Below, piece by piece: positions 1-9,391 of a stretch of DNA of 64,000 bases. The notes under the pieces are model-generated. The model saw only the letters and a program-made list of their open reading frames with translations. It ran no database searches and was not told where the DNA came from. Each line of letters starts with the position of its first letter. Position 1 is the stretch's first letter. The stretch is from the sequence record OP310983.1; one strand, given 5' to 3'. The position numbers were made by a program, and so were the translations under genes.

Positions 1-123
1 CAAAAACTACAATGGATGGTAAATGATACTAGTGCCGGTATGCTACAGAGAAGAGCGGAGGTTAAGCTTTGTAGATGACGCTAGGATCGGGCCAGGCTCC
101 GTTGGTGGTCCATTGTAAAAACT

Positions 124-166
124 GATATAGCGGCTCCTTCGGGGGCCGCTTATATCTCCTTTTTTT
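124..166 (+). terminator. Intrinsic terminator upstream of nvRNAP beta' gene
   Basis: gcggctcc-ttcg-ggggccgc stem (130-149) with extended AT arms, followed by a T run at 159-166. Confidence 0.75.
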
Positions 167-191
167 GTTAATCGATAAATAGGAGTTTGGT

Positions 192-1436
192 ATGGGTCTT
201 TATGCCAAAGTTGTTGATCATAATGAAGTTCATGATCAATTTACGGGTAAACGAATTTATGCCAATGATTACAATACGAGTAACTCAGATGAGAAAGAAG
301 AATTCGATAGGCATTTCTATTCTCATTTCCAAGATTCAGAAGCAATTGAAAGTAGTGTAAGCTGTGATTGTCGAGCAATCGAAGATGCACATAAACTCGG
401 AGTAATCTGTGATATTTGTAATACTCCAGTTGTCAATACTTCTAGCCGTCCTATCGAACCATCAATGTGGGTTCGTACACCAAAACATGTACGTAGTCTA
501 ATTAACCCACGTTTAATCATTATGCTAACCGGATATCTAGTAACTAAAGAATTCGATTTCTTAGCATATCTAACTGATACTTCTTATCGATACGATGTAG
601 AATCTATTGCTTCTAAAGAAACACGTAGGAAAGTAGATAGGCTACTGCATCGAGGATTTGAAAGAGGATTAAATCACTTCATTGATAACTTCAATGAGAT
701 CTTCCAATTCCTACTAGATGCAAATATTATTTCTAATAATAAATCAGAATTCGCTCAATTCGTTGCTCAGAACAAAGATAAGTTATTCCCTAAATATTTA
801 CCAGTTCCTTCTAAACTCTGTTTCGTAGCAGAATCAACCACATCTGGTACTTACTTAGATAAACCAATCGAAGCAGCAATTGACGCTACCTTAACCTTCG
901 CTAGTATTGATGCATCATCTGTGCCACTTAGCCCTATTAAAGCTCAGAATAGGACTATGCGAGGACTAAGACTATATGGCCAGTTCTACGAGATCTACGC
1001 AAAATCACGAATTGCTCAAAAGCCTGGTCTTGCTCGGCGTCACATGTTTGGTGCTCGTCTCAACGCTACGGCACGTGCAGTAATTACTTCTATTAGTGAC
1101 CCGCATGATTATGATGAATTACATATTCCTTGGGGAGTAGGTTGTCAATTATTAAAGTATCATCTAACTAACAAGTTAAAAGCTAAGTTTAACATGACAA
1201 CTCGTGAAGCATTCTCATTTGTATATGAGAATGTACTTCAATATAACCAAATCATCGCTGATCTATTTAAAGAGCTAATTGCAGAGGCTGCACCATATAA
1301 AGGAATGGGTTGCACTTTTCACCGAAATCCGACTCTTCAACGTGGATCTACTCAGCAATTCTTTATTACTAAAGTAAAAGATGACATTAATGATAATTCA
1401 ATCAGCATGTCAGTATTATGCCTTAAAGCGCCTAAT
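192..1436 (+). CDS. Non-virion RNA polymerase beta'-like N-terminal subunit (phiKZ gp55-like), exon 1
   Basis: Zn-finger CDC...CDIC, RHMFGARL and RNPTL motifs. The ORF stops just after LKAPN; joining to 1934 restores the catalytic NADFDGD. Spliced product 487 aa. Confidence 0.93.
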
Positions 1437-1933
1437 GGACAAGTAACTAACTAAATAAGGTAAAAAAACAATGGAACAAAACGGAGTAGTGTCCGTCTTT
1501 GATCCGACTTCATTTAAAAAAGAATGGGGTGCTTGATAAATACCTTATTAAGTTAATCAAGTCTAGTTCCCCCAATGAGTAATCATTGGGATGAGTTCTC
1601 TCTAATTGCTGGGATATCCTGTTAAACTAATCTACCACTGCGAGTCGAAAGACAAAGCCAAGGTTTGAAAAAGATTAGGTAGGGACAATCAGCAGCCAAG
1701 CTCCGTAACATTCCATTTAGGAATAGGAGAAGGTTCAACGACTATTACGGCATCAGGTGCGCCGGTCCTAGAAATAGGATGTAGGGTCAAGTGACTCGAA
1801 ATGGGAGACACCCCACTCCGAAAGGAAGGGTGAAGATATAGTCTGGTCTGCATGGCGACATGCAGCAGGTGGTAATTATCATGTGGTAATTATACTACCG
1901 GGTATGGATTAACGACCCATACTGAACATAACG
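1437..1933 (+). ncRNA. Group I self-splicing intron (497 nt, no intact endonuclease ORF)
   Basis: P aattgctggga 1604-1614; Q aatcagcag; R gttcaacgactat; S aagatatagtc 1833-1843; P9 ctgcatg-gcga-catgcag. The 5' exon ends in U, the intron ends in G, and in-frame removal restores NADFDGD. Confidence 0.92.
1471..1536 (+). pseudogene. 21-aa mini-ORF inside intron 1, possible homing endonuclease remnant
   Basis: SD taaggt 1456-1461, ATG 1471, MEQNGVVSVFDPTSFKKEWGA*; lies in the 5' peripheral region before P2. Confidence 0.4.
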
Positions 1934-2152
1934 GCGGATTTTGACGGCGATCAATTGAATTTAACGTTAATGCCTGATGTGTATTTAACCAAAGCAACTG
2001 AACGCATTGCTCCACATACATGGGTTCTATCTATTGATGAACCACATGAAATCTCAGGTAACCTTGAATTACAGGGTCCTGTTGTAGAAACAATTATTAA
2101 CTGGGCGCATGAGAAGTATTTACCACCATTAGAAGAGTGGTTGAAGTCGTAA
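1934..2152 (+). CDS. nvRNAP beta'-like subunit exon 2 (phiKZ gp56.1-like)
   Basis: Begins gcg gat ttt gac ggc gat = ADFDGD, in frame with track ORF 1955..2152. Confidence 0.93.
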   Translation, partial: ADFDGDQLNLTLMPDVYLTKATERIAPHTWVLSIDEPHEISGNLELQGPVVETIINWAHEKYLPPLEEWLKS

Positions 2153-2160
2153 TAATAAAC

Positions 2161-2196
2161 TTGCCCCTACTATTTATGTAGTAGGGGGCTTTATTT
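2161..2196 (+). terminator. Hairpin terminator after beta' gene
   Basis: gcccctacta...tagtagggggc followed by tttattt. Confidence 0.6.
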
Positions 2197-2245
2197 CCTG
2201 TTATGGCGGCGACTAACCATGGATGTAAAGTTCCACTAGATTTAA

Positions 2246-2271
2246 TTTCAGATTTATATCACTAAGATGCA
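2246..2271 (+). promoter_or_regulatory. Early promoter-like motif (TATATCAC)
   Basis: tttcagatttatatcactaagatgca resembles 9342-9367 and 14421-14446; the phiKZ early consensus is TATATTAC. Confidence 0.6.
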
Positions 2272-2293
2272 ATAGTGATAAGGGGAATACCCA

Positions 2294-2482
2294 ATGTCTA
2301 ATATTCGTGAAATTATTCGACGTAACCCGGAATGTTTATCACAAGTCGAACGAGATGAACGTGAAGCCAGATCGGTAGCCGTATTCACTAAGAGATATAT
2401 TACTCGCGGGAATGGTGATGTAGTGGTAAACAGAAGGTTTGTCGATGCATATGTCGAAATGATCTCTAAGCTTAATGATTAA
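2294..2482 (+). CDS. Hypothetical protein, 62 aa
   Basis: SD aagggga, downstream of the early motif, followed by a hairpin. Confidence 0.7.
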   Translation: MSNIREIIRRNPECLSQVERDEREARSVAVFTKRYITRGNGDVVVNRRFVDAYVEMISKLND

Positions 2483-2541
2483 AAGCAAAATAAATTAATA
2501 GGGGAGTTTGAATCCCCTATTAATTCTTTGAGGCTAGCAGT

Positions 2542-2925
2542 ATGCATGATTTAGTTATCTATTGGAGAGCCCATGATGGTTACTACATACAAGATGAATA
2601 TGGCGAACATCCTGTAACTTTCCAATTTGCAGAGATTAATTGGAATTTCACTGGGGCGTATGTATACGGTGGTTCTGAATTAATTGATGATCACTTAAAA
2701 TTTGGTATAGATTTCAAAGTACGTGATATTGAATGGCAAATTAGGTTTGATTTAGACGGTAAATTTACTCTGTACAATATGTCAAATAATGATCGGGATG
2801 ATACGTTTGTAATTCCAGCTACTTCAAAATTTGCCCAATTCTTTAAAAAGACAGGCAAACATGTAGTTACTAATGAAGTTATCACTATCCCAATTAATTG
2901 CTCTTTTGATAAGCAAATTTATTAA
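2542..2925 (+). CDS. Hypothetical protein
   Basis: 127-aa ORF with SD gagg. Confidence 0.75.
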   Translation: MHDLVIYWRAHDGYYIQDEYGEHPVTFQFAEINWNFTGAYVYGGSELIDDHLKFGIDFKVRDIEWQIRFDLDGKFTLYNMSNNDRDDTFVIPATSKFAQFFKKTGKHVVTNEVITIPINCSFDKQIY

Positions 2926-2937
2926 AGGTAAATAAGG

Positions 2938-3363
2938 ATGAATAGTAAATGTAATGAATGCACTAAGCAAATCGATAATTCCCACGATATGCCAAAAACA
3001 CTTGGTATCTGCCATAAGCATTATCGGTTCAATGTATTTGGGGATAATGATTTACTTAAAGATTCTGATAAACTGGTTACATTTGAACTTAATAAAGAAA
3101 CTAATTTATTTGAATGTATTCTAGAAAATACTAAAGGTGAATATACTGGATTCCATCATCCTAAGTTTGGATTCCGTATTAAACATGATGATCCAATCAC
3201 TATTGTGGTGACTGCACCTGAACATGATATCTATATTGAATTAACTGTAACTGTTGAAGGTGTTACAAAAGCTGTCAATTGGTGCGGTCAGGAACTAGAC
3301 ACATTTAATTTACCTATGCAACATCCGTTTAATCTATGCTGGTCATATACGGCCAATAACTGA
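2938..3363 (+). CDS. Hypothetical protein
   Basis: 141-aa ORF with SD aagga; CxxC...CxxH at the N-terminus. Confidence 0.75.
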   Translation: MNSKCNECTKQIDNSHDMPKTLGICHKHYRFNVFGDNDLLKDSDKLVTFELNKETNLFECILENTKGEYTGFHHPKFGFRIKHDDPITIVVTAPEHDIYIELTVTVEGVTKAVNWCGQELDTFNLPMQHPFNLCWSYTANN

Positions 3364-3371
3364 GGTGTATA

Positions 3372-3983
3372 ATGATTGTAGATGCACATGGTGTAGACCT
3401 CTTGGACATCTGTGCAGGTGGCCATCTTACACAGCAAACAACCCAATGGTTGGGTGAGCGTAGTCAGGCACTTCGTTCAACTATGTCAACTGCTGCTGCT
3501 AGCTTTTTTAATACTGCTCAAAATATGTACAGTATGATTAGTGAATCAGCTGCTGTTCAAGCACTGCGGAATCTGACCACAAAGAAAGATAACTTATGGC
3601 AGTCGAACAACATTGTGTATCTTGAGACATTAGCTGAACTACAAACAGCTGGTCCAATTATGCAACGTTGGGTTATGGCGCATGAGCGTCTAAGAACTAT
3701 GTATCTTAATAATGAAGTTGATGGATATGGTGGTTCTTATAATAACATCCAAGGTGATGCTGTAGGTGAACGACAGTTTGATTATCGTCGCGTGATGGAT
3801 GGAGTTATGTATACCGATAAGAAAGAATTCGGTTATAAAAACTATCACGAAGATATCAAGAGCGATCGTAAACTTAGTCTGCATGAAAAAGTTGACATCA
3901 TCCGTATGTGGAATGCTATTGATGGGCATCTGGATGCAGGTGAAGAAGATCCAACTTCAGTCGTAGGTAATCTTCTAGGTTAA
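3372..3983 (+). CDS. Conserved nucleus-phage protein, probable gp59/Imp3 nuclear import factor
   Basis: 203 aa with SD gaggt; assignment rests on syntenic position within the gp55-gp69 block, from recall. Confidence 0.6.
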   Translation: MIVDAHGVDLLDICAGGHLTQQTTQWLGERSQALRSTMSTAAASFFNTAQNMYSMISESAAVQALRNLTTKKDNLWQSNNIVYLETLAELQTAGPIMQRWVMAHERLRTMYLNNEVDGYGGSYNNIQGDAVGERQFDYRRVMDGVMYTDKKEFGYKNYHEDIKSDRKLSLHEKVDIIRMWNAIDGHLDAGEEDPTSVVGNLLG

Positions 3984-4034
3984 ATAAATGAGAGTCCCTA
4001 CATGGGGCTCTCTTCTATCGTTTAGGAGAGATCT

Positions 4035-4370
4035 ATGTCAATTGATCTACTCGTACCAAATAAACTAAAGATGTTTCAAAAAAGTCCAGATGGTACGGGA
4101 TATATGTACTTTAATAGTACAGATGGAATAGAACTTAAATACGATAATCAAACACGACTATTGTATCTTCCCGATAATGACTATGTAACTGGTGATTATG
4201 TTTCACCTGATACTAAATTTATTTTCACAGTTATTGAAGGTGAAGTGGTTTCTATTAAATTAGATACTGGCGAGGAAATACATAGTTATAGTTTTTGTGA
4301 TGAGAGTCCATTGTGGAACCATCCACATATTGCTTTTTACGTTAAGGAAAATACCGATGCTATTAATTAA
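4035..4370 (+). CDS. Hypothetical protein
   Basis: 111 aa, SD aggag. Confidence 0.75.
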   Translation: MSIDLLVPNKLKMFQKSPDGTGYMYFNSTDGIELKYDNQTRLLYLPDNDYVTGDYVSPDTKFIFTVIEGEVVSIKLDTGEEIHSYSFCDESPLWNHPHIAFYVKENTDAIN

Positions 4371-4821
4371 GAATAATAACTCATCAAGGCCACTACACCC
4401 TATTCTTAAATTAACTACTGCTGTGGTTGATTCAATTCGTTTTAATTTTGAAGAATATTCTTATCTTAAAGAAGCATTTAAGAATGGCGCTCTACGTATC
4501 TATGTAACTGGATATGACTATGCTTACCCATCTGAAGATGGTCATCTTGTTATTAAAGATGACCATCCTAATGTTTCTAGCAGGCCACCATTTGTACATG
4601 TTGGTAGGGATCCAAATGGGTTAGTTGATGATACCCAGTTATATGTAGCTACAACTCATTTTTCAGGGACAAGTAGTGAAATTACTACCAAACCCATTAG
4701 TGTACATGCATGTGTTACTGAACACGATATCGTTTTAACAAGCACACTCAAGAAAAAAGAAGGTGCTGTTATCGTATATCACATTGAATTAATTGCAAGT
4801 AAATATTTATATGCTAGTTAA
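4357..4821 (+). CDS. Hypothetical protein
   Basis: Start moved to ATG 4357 (SD aagga), overlapping the upstream stop. Confidence 0.7.
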   Translation: MLLIKNNNSSRPLHPILKLTTAVVDSIRFNFEEYSYLKEAFKNGALRIYVTGYDYAYPSEDGHLVIKDDHPNVSSRPPFVHVGRDPNGLVDDTQLYVATTHFSGTSSEITTKPISVHACVTEHDIVLTSTLKKKEGAVIVYHIELIASKYLYAS

Positions 4822-4887
4822 TGTAAGTATTTAACTGTATGTATCAAGCAATATAAAGGGAGCCATTTGGCTCCCATCTTAACTTAA

Positions 4888-5325
<438 letters not shown>

Positions 5326-5883
5326 ATGACTAGTGAAGTTGAGAAAAATGAAAGCGAAGCTATGAACTCCATGCTATTAAAACGAATTCATATGCTAGAA
5401 GTAACAGTTAGGAATCTAACAAAACATGCTAATGTTGTAGATGAGGCTTTCCAACAATTGGTAAAAGCTAAAGCTGAAGAAACTGCAACATTTAATATTC
5501 GCGTTAGTCGAGTTCTTGCAGATATTCTTTGCAATATGGGTGAAAGTATTCGGCATGAAGTTGATGACGCATTGCGAGCTATCCATGGTGATACTAAACC
5601 AGTATTCTCACTAGCTGAAGTAGATGGGGTTAATCAGAAAGAACATATGGAATCAGTCATTGTTCGTAAGGGCGGTGATAAAGGTTATATGTTTGCTACT
5701 GTTGGAACGCCTAATAAGTTCACTACTGAAAACTGCGATGCGTTGATTGATTACCTAAATAGTAATCCTCAACTAATGGAAAATAAAGAAGAAGCTCGTT
5801 TTAATATCATCACTACTCTGACTAAACAACAGATTGAACAAGTTATGGGTAAAGAAGATGGCAACTCCGGAACCGAACACTAG
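5326..5883 (+). CDS. Hypothetical protein with N-terminal coiled coil
   Basis: 185-aa ORF coupled to the upstream stop. Confidence 0.75.
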   Translation: MTSEVEKNESEAMNSMLLKRIHMLEVTVRNLTKHANVVDEAFQQLVKAKAEETATFNIRVSRVLADILCNMGESIRHEVDDALRAIHGDTKPVFSLAEVDGVNQKEHMESVIVRKGGDKGYMFATVGTPNKFTTENCDALIDYLNSNPQLMENKEEARFNIITTLTKQQIEQVMGKEDGNSGTEH

Positions 5884-6466
5884 AGTTACAGATAGCGATA
5901 ACATGATCATGGATGCAATGCAAGCCATGGTTAACATTCATCAGAAAGAGACACCTATTGTTCATGAGGACGTTTTTGTAAAGAATATATTACCGTTACT
6001 TGAATGTCCATGGGCACCTGGTGCATTAGATGAATATCGTAAATATGTTCGTGAGCTATCAAATCCGTTACGCGTAGCAAGTGTAAATACCAAAGAAGCA
6101 GTTGTGCTTTTTACAGTTCCAGCACTCTATCCTCGTCCAAGTGTTGCAATCTCATCTGGTGAGAATGTTGCTAGCATTTCTAACGTAATGGATTATTATA
6201 ATAAAGAACATAACCGTAATCCACGTGGTGGGTTTGCTAAAGAAGCGGCTCAATTCCTAGAGCGGTGTATTTATAATGAACCATTAGAAAAACAACTTCT
6301 ACAAGTGTTAATCCAAATCTTAGCAGCATATGGTCGGGTATTAAAAAATACTGATGGTACTCCGTTATATGAGTTACCGAATGCATCTTCATCTAAATCT
6401 GGAGGTGTGCAAGTAGATACACCTGAGAATGATGAATGTGTTTACGGTGACGAATATGAAGACTGA
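5858..6466 (+). CDS. Conserved hypothetical protein (gp64-like)
   Basis: Overlapping operon gene with an acidic C-terminus. Confidence 0.75.
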   Translation: MATPEPNTRVTDSDNMIMDAMQAMVNIHQKETPIVHEDVFVKNILPLLECPWAPGALDEYRKYVRELSNPLRVASVNTKEAVVLFTVPALYPRPSVAISSGENVASISNVMDYYNKEHNRNPRGGFAKEAAQFLERCIYNEPLEKQLLQVLIQILAAYGRVLKNTDGTPLYELPNASSSKSGGVQVDTPENDECVYGDEYED

Positions 6467-7595
6467 TAAAACAAAGAAACCTGGCATATTTCGATATTTA
6501 ACAGTAGGCGATGTCCATATGGGGCATCGCCAAACCCCTACTGAATTAATCATCAATAACTTTTGGAAAACTGTCCCTGATACAATTTTAAAAGATATTG
6601 ATATGTTGATTATTACAGGGGATTTATTTGATCGCCAATTAAACAACGGTGATCCAGCTGCATACGCAATTGATAGATTTATTACAATACTTCTCTACAA
6701 ATGTGAAATGTATAATGTAATGATCCGTATTGTTGAAGGGACTCCATCACACGATCGTGGGCAAATGCAGTTTTTCGTAGAACAAAAGAATAATGCTAAT
6801 ATTAAAGTTGATTTGCATTATTCAAAGATTCTCGATATCGAGTATATTGAGAAACTAGATGCATATTTCCTTTATGTCCCTGATAAATGGAATCCATCCA
6901 CATCAGAGACTTTAAATCAAGTAAAAGATTTAATGCATAAGAAAGGTATATCTCAAGTTGACTTTACTATTTTACATGGTGCATTTAAACACCAGCTACC
7001 TAGCATTGTTGAAGAGCCAACACATGATCCAGATGAATATTTAGCATTAACTAAATATATGATCAATGGTGGACATGTTCATGAGATGTCTATCTATGAA
7101 CGCATTTTAGCTGCCGGTGGATTTGACCGATTAAGTCACAACGATGAAATTCCAAAAGGATTATTTGATGTTGTGGTGAAAGAAAATGGCGAATGGACTG
7201 CTACATTCCTTGAGAATAAGGGTGCGCGTAGATATGATACTTTGAATGTCCATGGAATGGATACTAAGCAACTTAATTACACTGTTAAAGAACATATCAA
7301 GACACTACCAACTAACTCTGCAATTAGGTTAAGATGTAATCCAGGTGATGTAGCTACTGGTGATCTCGATACATTTCAAAATGAATATCCTAATTTTTCA
7401 TGGAGTATCTTAATTGAAAAAGTTACTACAAAGAAAAATACTGTGTCAGATAGCCTAAAGAATTTTGATTTATCAGAATTTTTGGATATAACTCCAGAAA
7501 GTATTTCTGATTTAATTATTCCAGATATTGAAAAATTTACAGCGGACGCTGCTCAGATCCAGCGGGTATTGGGATTATTGACAGAGTTCAAATAA
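6456..7595 (+). CDS. sbcD: SbcD/Mre11-like metallophosphoesterase nuclease (gp65-like)
   Basis: GDVHMG, ITGDLFD, GTPSHD, HGAF and GGHVH motifs. Confidence 0.88.
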   Translation: MKTDKTKKPGIFRYLTVGDVHMGHRQTPTELIINNFWKTVPDTILKDIDMLIITGDLFDRQLNNGDPAAYAIDRFITILLYKCEMYNVMIRIVEGTPSHDRGQMQFFVEQKNNANIKVDLHYSKILDIEYIEKLDAYFLYVPDKWNPSTSETLNQVKDLMHKKGISQVDFTILHGAFKHQLPSIVEEPTHDPDEYLALTKYMINGGHVHEMSIYERILAAGGFDRLSHNDEIPKGLFDVVVKENGEWTATFLENKGARRYDTLNVHGMDTKQLNYTVKEHIKTLPTNSAIRLRCNPGDVATGDLDTFQNEYPNFSWSILIEKVTTKKNTVSDSLKNFDLSEFLDITPESISDLIIPDIEKFTADAAQIQRVLGLLTEFK

Positions 7596-7607
7596 AAGGC
7601 AATAATA

Positions 7608-8438
7608 ATGGATATTATCGAGAGAGATGTAGGTGCTAATATTCCGATTAGCATTGGAACTTCTTTTGCTCTCGAAGGGCTTATAGGAACACATCCACAA
7701 AAGCCTAGACAACCAACTGATGTTAAGTCTATTAAAGAAATATGGATTAATGTCCGTACTCTTGCAAGAAATATGTGGCAGGCTATGAAGTCTGAACAAC
7801 AAACTAATATTAACTTGGTTGCAGCAGTCGATGTTTTATTTCAAGAAGCACAAACAATCCCGGTTGCTTTACGGCAATCGGGGATAAAAGCAACTGTAAA
7901 ATATTACATTACTGGTCGAGATGCAGTGAAGTGGTTATTCCCTAAAGCTACATTTAAAGTATCACGAACACCGCAACAATTAGCTTATGATGTTTATGAA
8001 CGATTTGTATCAATTGAACTATATCAGAAGTTAAAAGATACAGATTTAATTACAATGGAAATATCTAATAAACCTCCAAAGGTTGAAGGTACTGTTTTAC
8101 TATTAACCCATTTCCCACATGAATTATTATGGAAACCCCATTTTAATAGACTTCTTTTATTGGAATCCCATACGGGCAAAATAAAGACATACAACATGTG
8201 GTATACTAAACTAAATGGTTTAAAAGAAGATACTCCATTTCCTTTTACATCATTTGCTATACAGATATTTGGCGATAAACAATTACTTGAACCACAAGAC
8301 AAAGCTATTCGTGCACAGTTAAAACAATTGGCACAATCTAGAAAATGGACAGGATTAACAACACCAGATAAAGTTCATCATGACATTACTGCTTATGGTT
8401 CTAAAGAGTTAAAAGAAGCATACAAGAAATTCAAATAG
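7608..8438 (+). CDS. Conserved hypothetical protein (gp66-like)
   Basis: 276-aa ORF in the core block. Confidence 0.8.
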   Translation: MDIIERDVGANIPISIGTSFALEGLIGTHPQKPRQPTDVKSIKEIWINVRTLARNMWQAMKSEQQTNINLVAAVDVLFQEAQTIPVALRQSGIKATVKYYITGRDAVKWLFPKATFKVSRTPQQLAYDVYERFVSIELYQKLKDTDLITMEISNKPPKVEGTVLLLTHFPHELLWKPHFNRLLLLESHTGKIKTYNMWYTKLNGLKEDTPFPFTSFAIQIFGDKQLLEPQDKAIRAQLKQLAQSRKWTGLTTPDKVHHDITAYGSKELKEAYKKFK

Positions 8439-8525
8439 AAGAAATACTTGTTGCGATAATATTACGTAGAAATCATTTCCCATCTAGTTAAAAAGAATCT
8501 AGTTTTAATTTGGAGTTATCACATC

Positions 8526-9266
8526 ATGTCACAACAGCAGTCTAATGCACCCGTAGTTAACCCTTTTAATGTAATGAATACTTGGCTACATGCCAAACCA
8601 TGTGAGGGTTCTCAAAAACGACCGACGCTGCGTTTTGGTCTGTTTAAAAACCAACCACGGGTTACTGTTCGTACTAATGTACCTGGTGATAAAGACCATG
8701 GTAAAATTGAGTTCAATACTGACCTAGCAACCTTTGCATGTTTCATTAAGTTTGCAATGGACTTAATTGAAGGTAAAACTGAAGATACTGAACGTGTCTT
8801 TGTTTACCGCAATAACTTCGTAGCTGGTAAGAAGCGTGATAATTTTATTGAGCTTTCTAAGCTACATGTTGGCCGTGCACAAGATGGTCGAATTTACATC
8901 GCAGTGCTAAGCACTCAACCTGATCGTCCAAAGATCAAATTCTTCTTTGGCCCATCCCAATTCCATGATATCCGCAAAGCAGATGGTAGTCAACTATCAC
9001 CTAAGGAAATGTCCGATGCTTATGCATACGGTTTCCTAGACCCCGCATATAAACTAGTAATGCATCTTCTAGTAACTGAATTCGATCCAGATGCTAAAGG
9101 TGTATCTAACCCTGCTAATTTCAATCAGGGTAATGGTAATAGCGGCGGTTACAATAACGGTGGTCAGCGCAATAACTATAACAACGGCGGCAATAATAGT
9201 TATGCTAAGCCGGCTAATAATAGTTATAATGACTCAGCTTTTGATGAGGATATGCCTTCCTTCTAA
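8526..9266 (+). CDS. gp67/Imp6-like protein with a G/N-rich linker and an SSB-like acidic tip
   Basis: Immediately upstream of gp68; SD ggag; ends NDSAFDEDMPSF. Confidence 0.65.
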   Translation: MSQQQSNAPVVNPFNVMNTWLHAKPCEGSQKRPTLRFGLFKNQPRVTVRTNVPGDKDHGKIEFNTDLATFACFIKFAMDLIEGKTEDTERVFVYRNNFVAGKKRDNFIELSKLHVGRAQDGRIYIAVLSTQPDRPKIKFFFGPSQFHDIRKADGSQLSPKEMSDAYAYGFLDPAYKLVMHLLVTEFDPDAKGVSNPANFNQGNGNSGGYNNGGQRNNYNNGGNNSYAKPANNSYNDSAFDEDMPSF

Positions 9267-9341
9267 AACATATTTCGGTGCTTACTCTCGAAGTAGGCAC
9301 CGATATGCCCTCAGTACTAAATGCCGTTATACTAAAAAAAA

Positions 9342-9367
9342 TTTGAGATCTATATTACTAACATGTA
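9342..9367 (+). promoter_or_regulatory. Early promoter (TATATTAC 9351-9358)
   Basis: Exact match to the phiKZ early consensus, upstream of gp68. Confidence 0.75.
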
Positions 9368-9391
9368 TCTACATTGGTAAAAGAGGTTAAA

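Noticed and set aside
43-66. Partial likeness to SAM-I riboswitch or twister ribozyme
   Set aside because: Only short words match (agagcggagg, gccggu); the required conserved junctions are absent
1955-2152. Independent 65-aa gene starting at TTG
   Set aside because: It is exon 2 of the spliced beta' gene; the frame extends to ADFDGD at 1934
9091-9390. 99-aa plus-strand ORF
   Set aside because: Alternate-frame artefact of the AAT/AAC-rich linker in the Imp6-like gene; crosses a promoter
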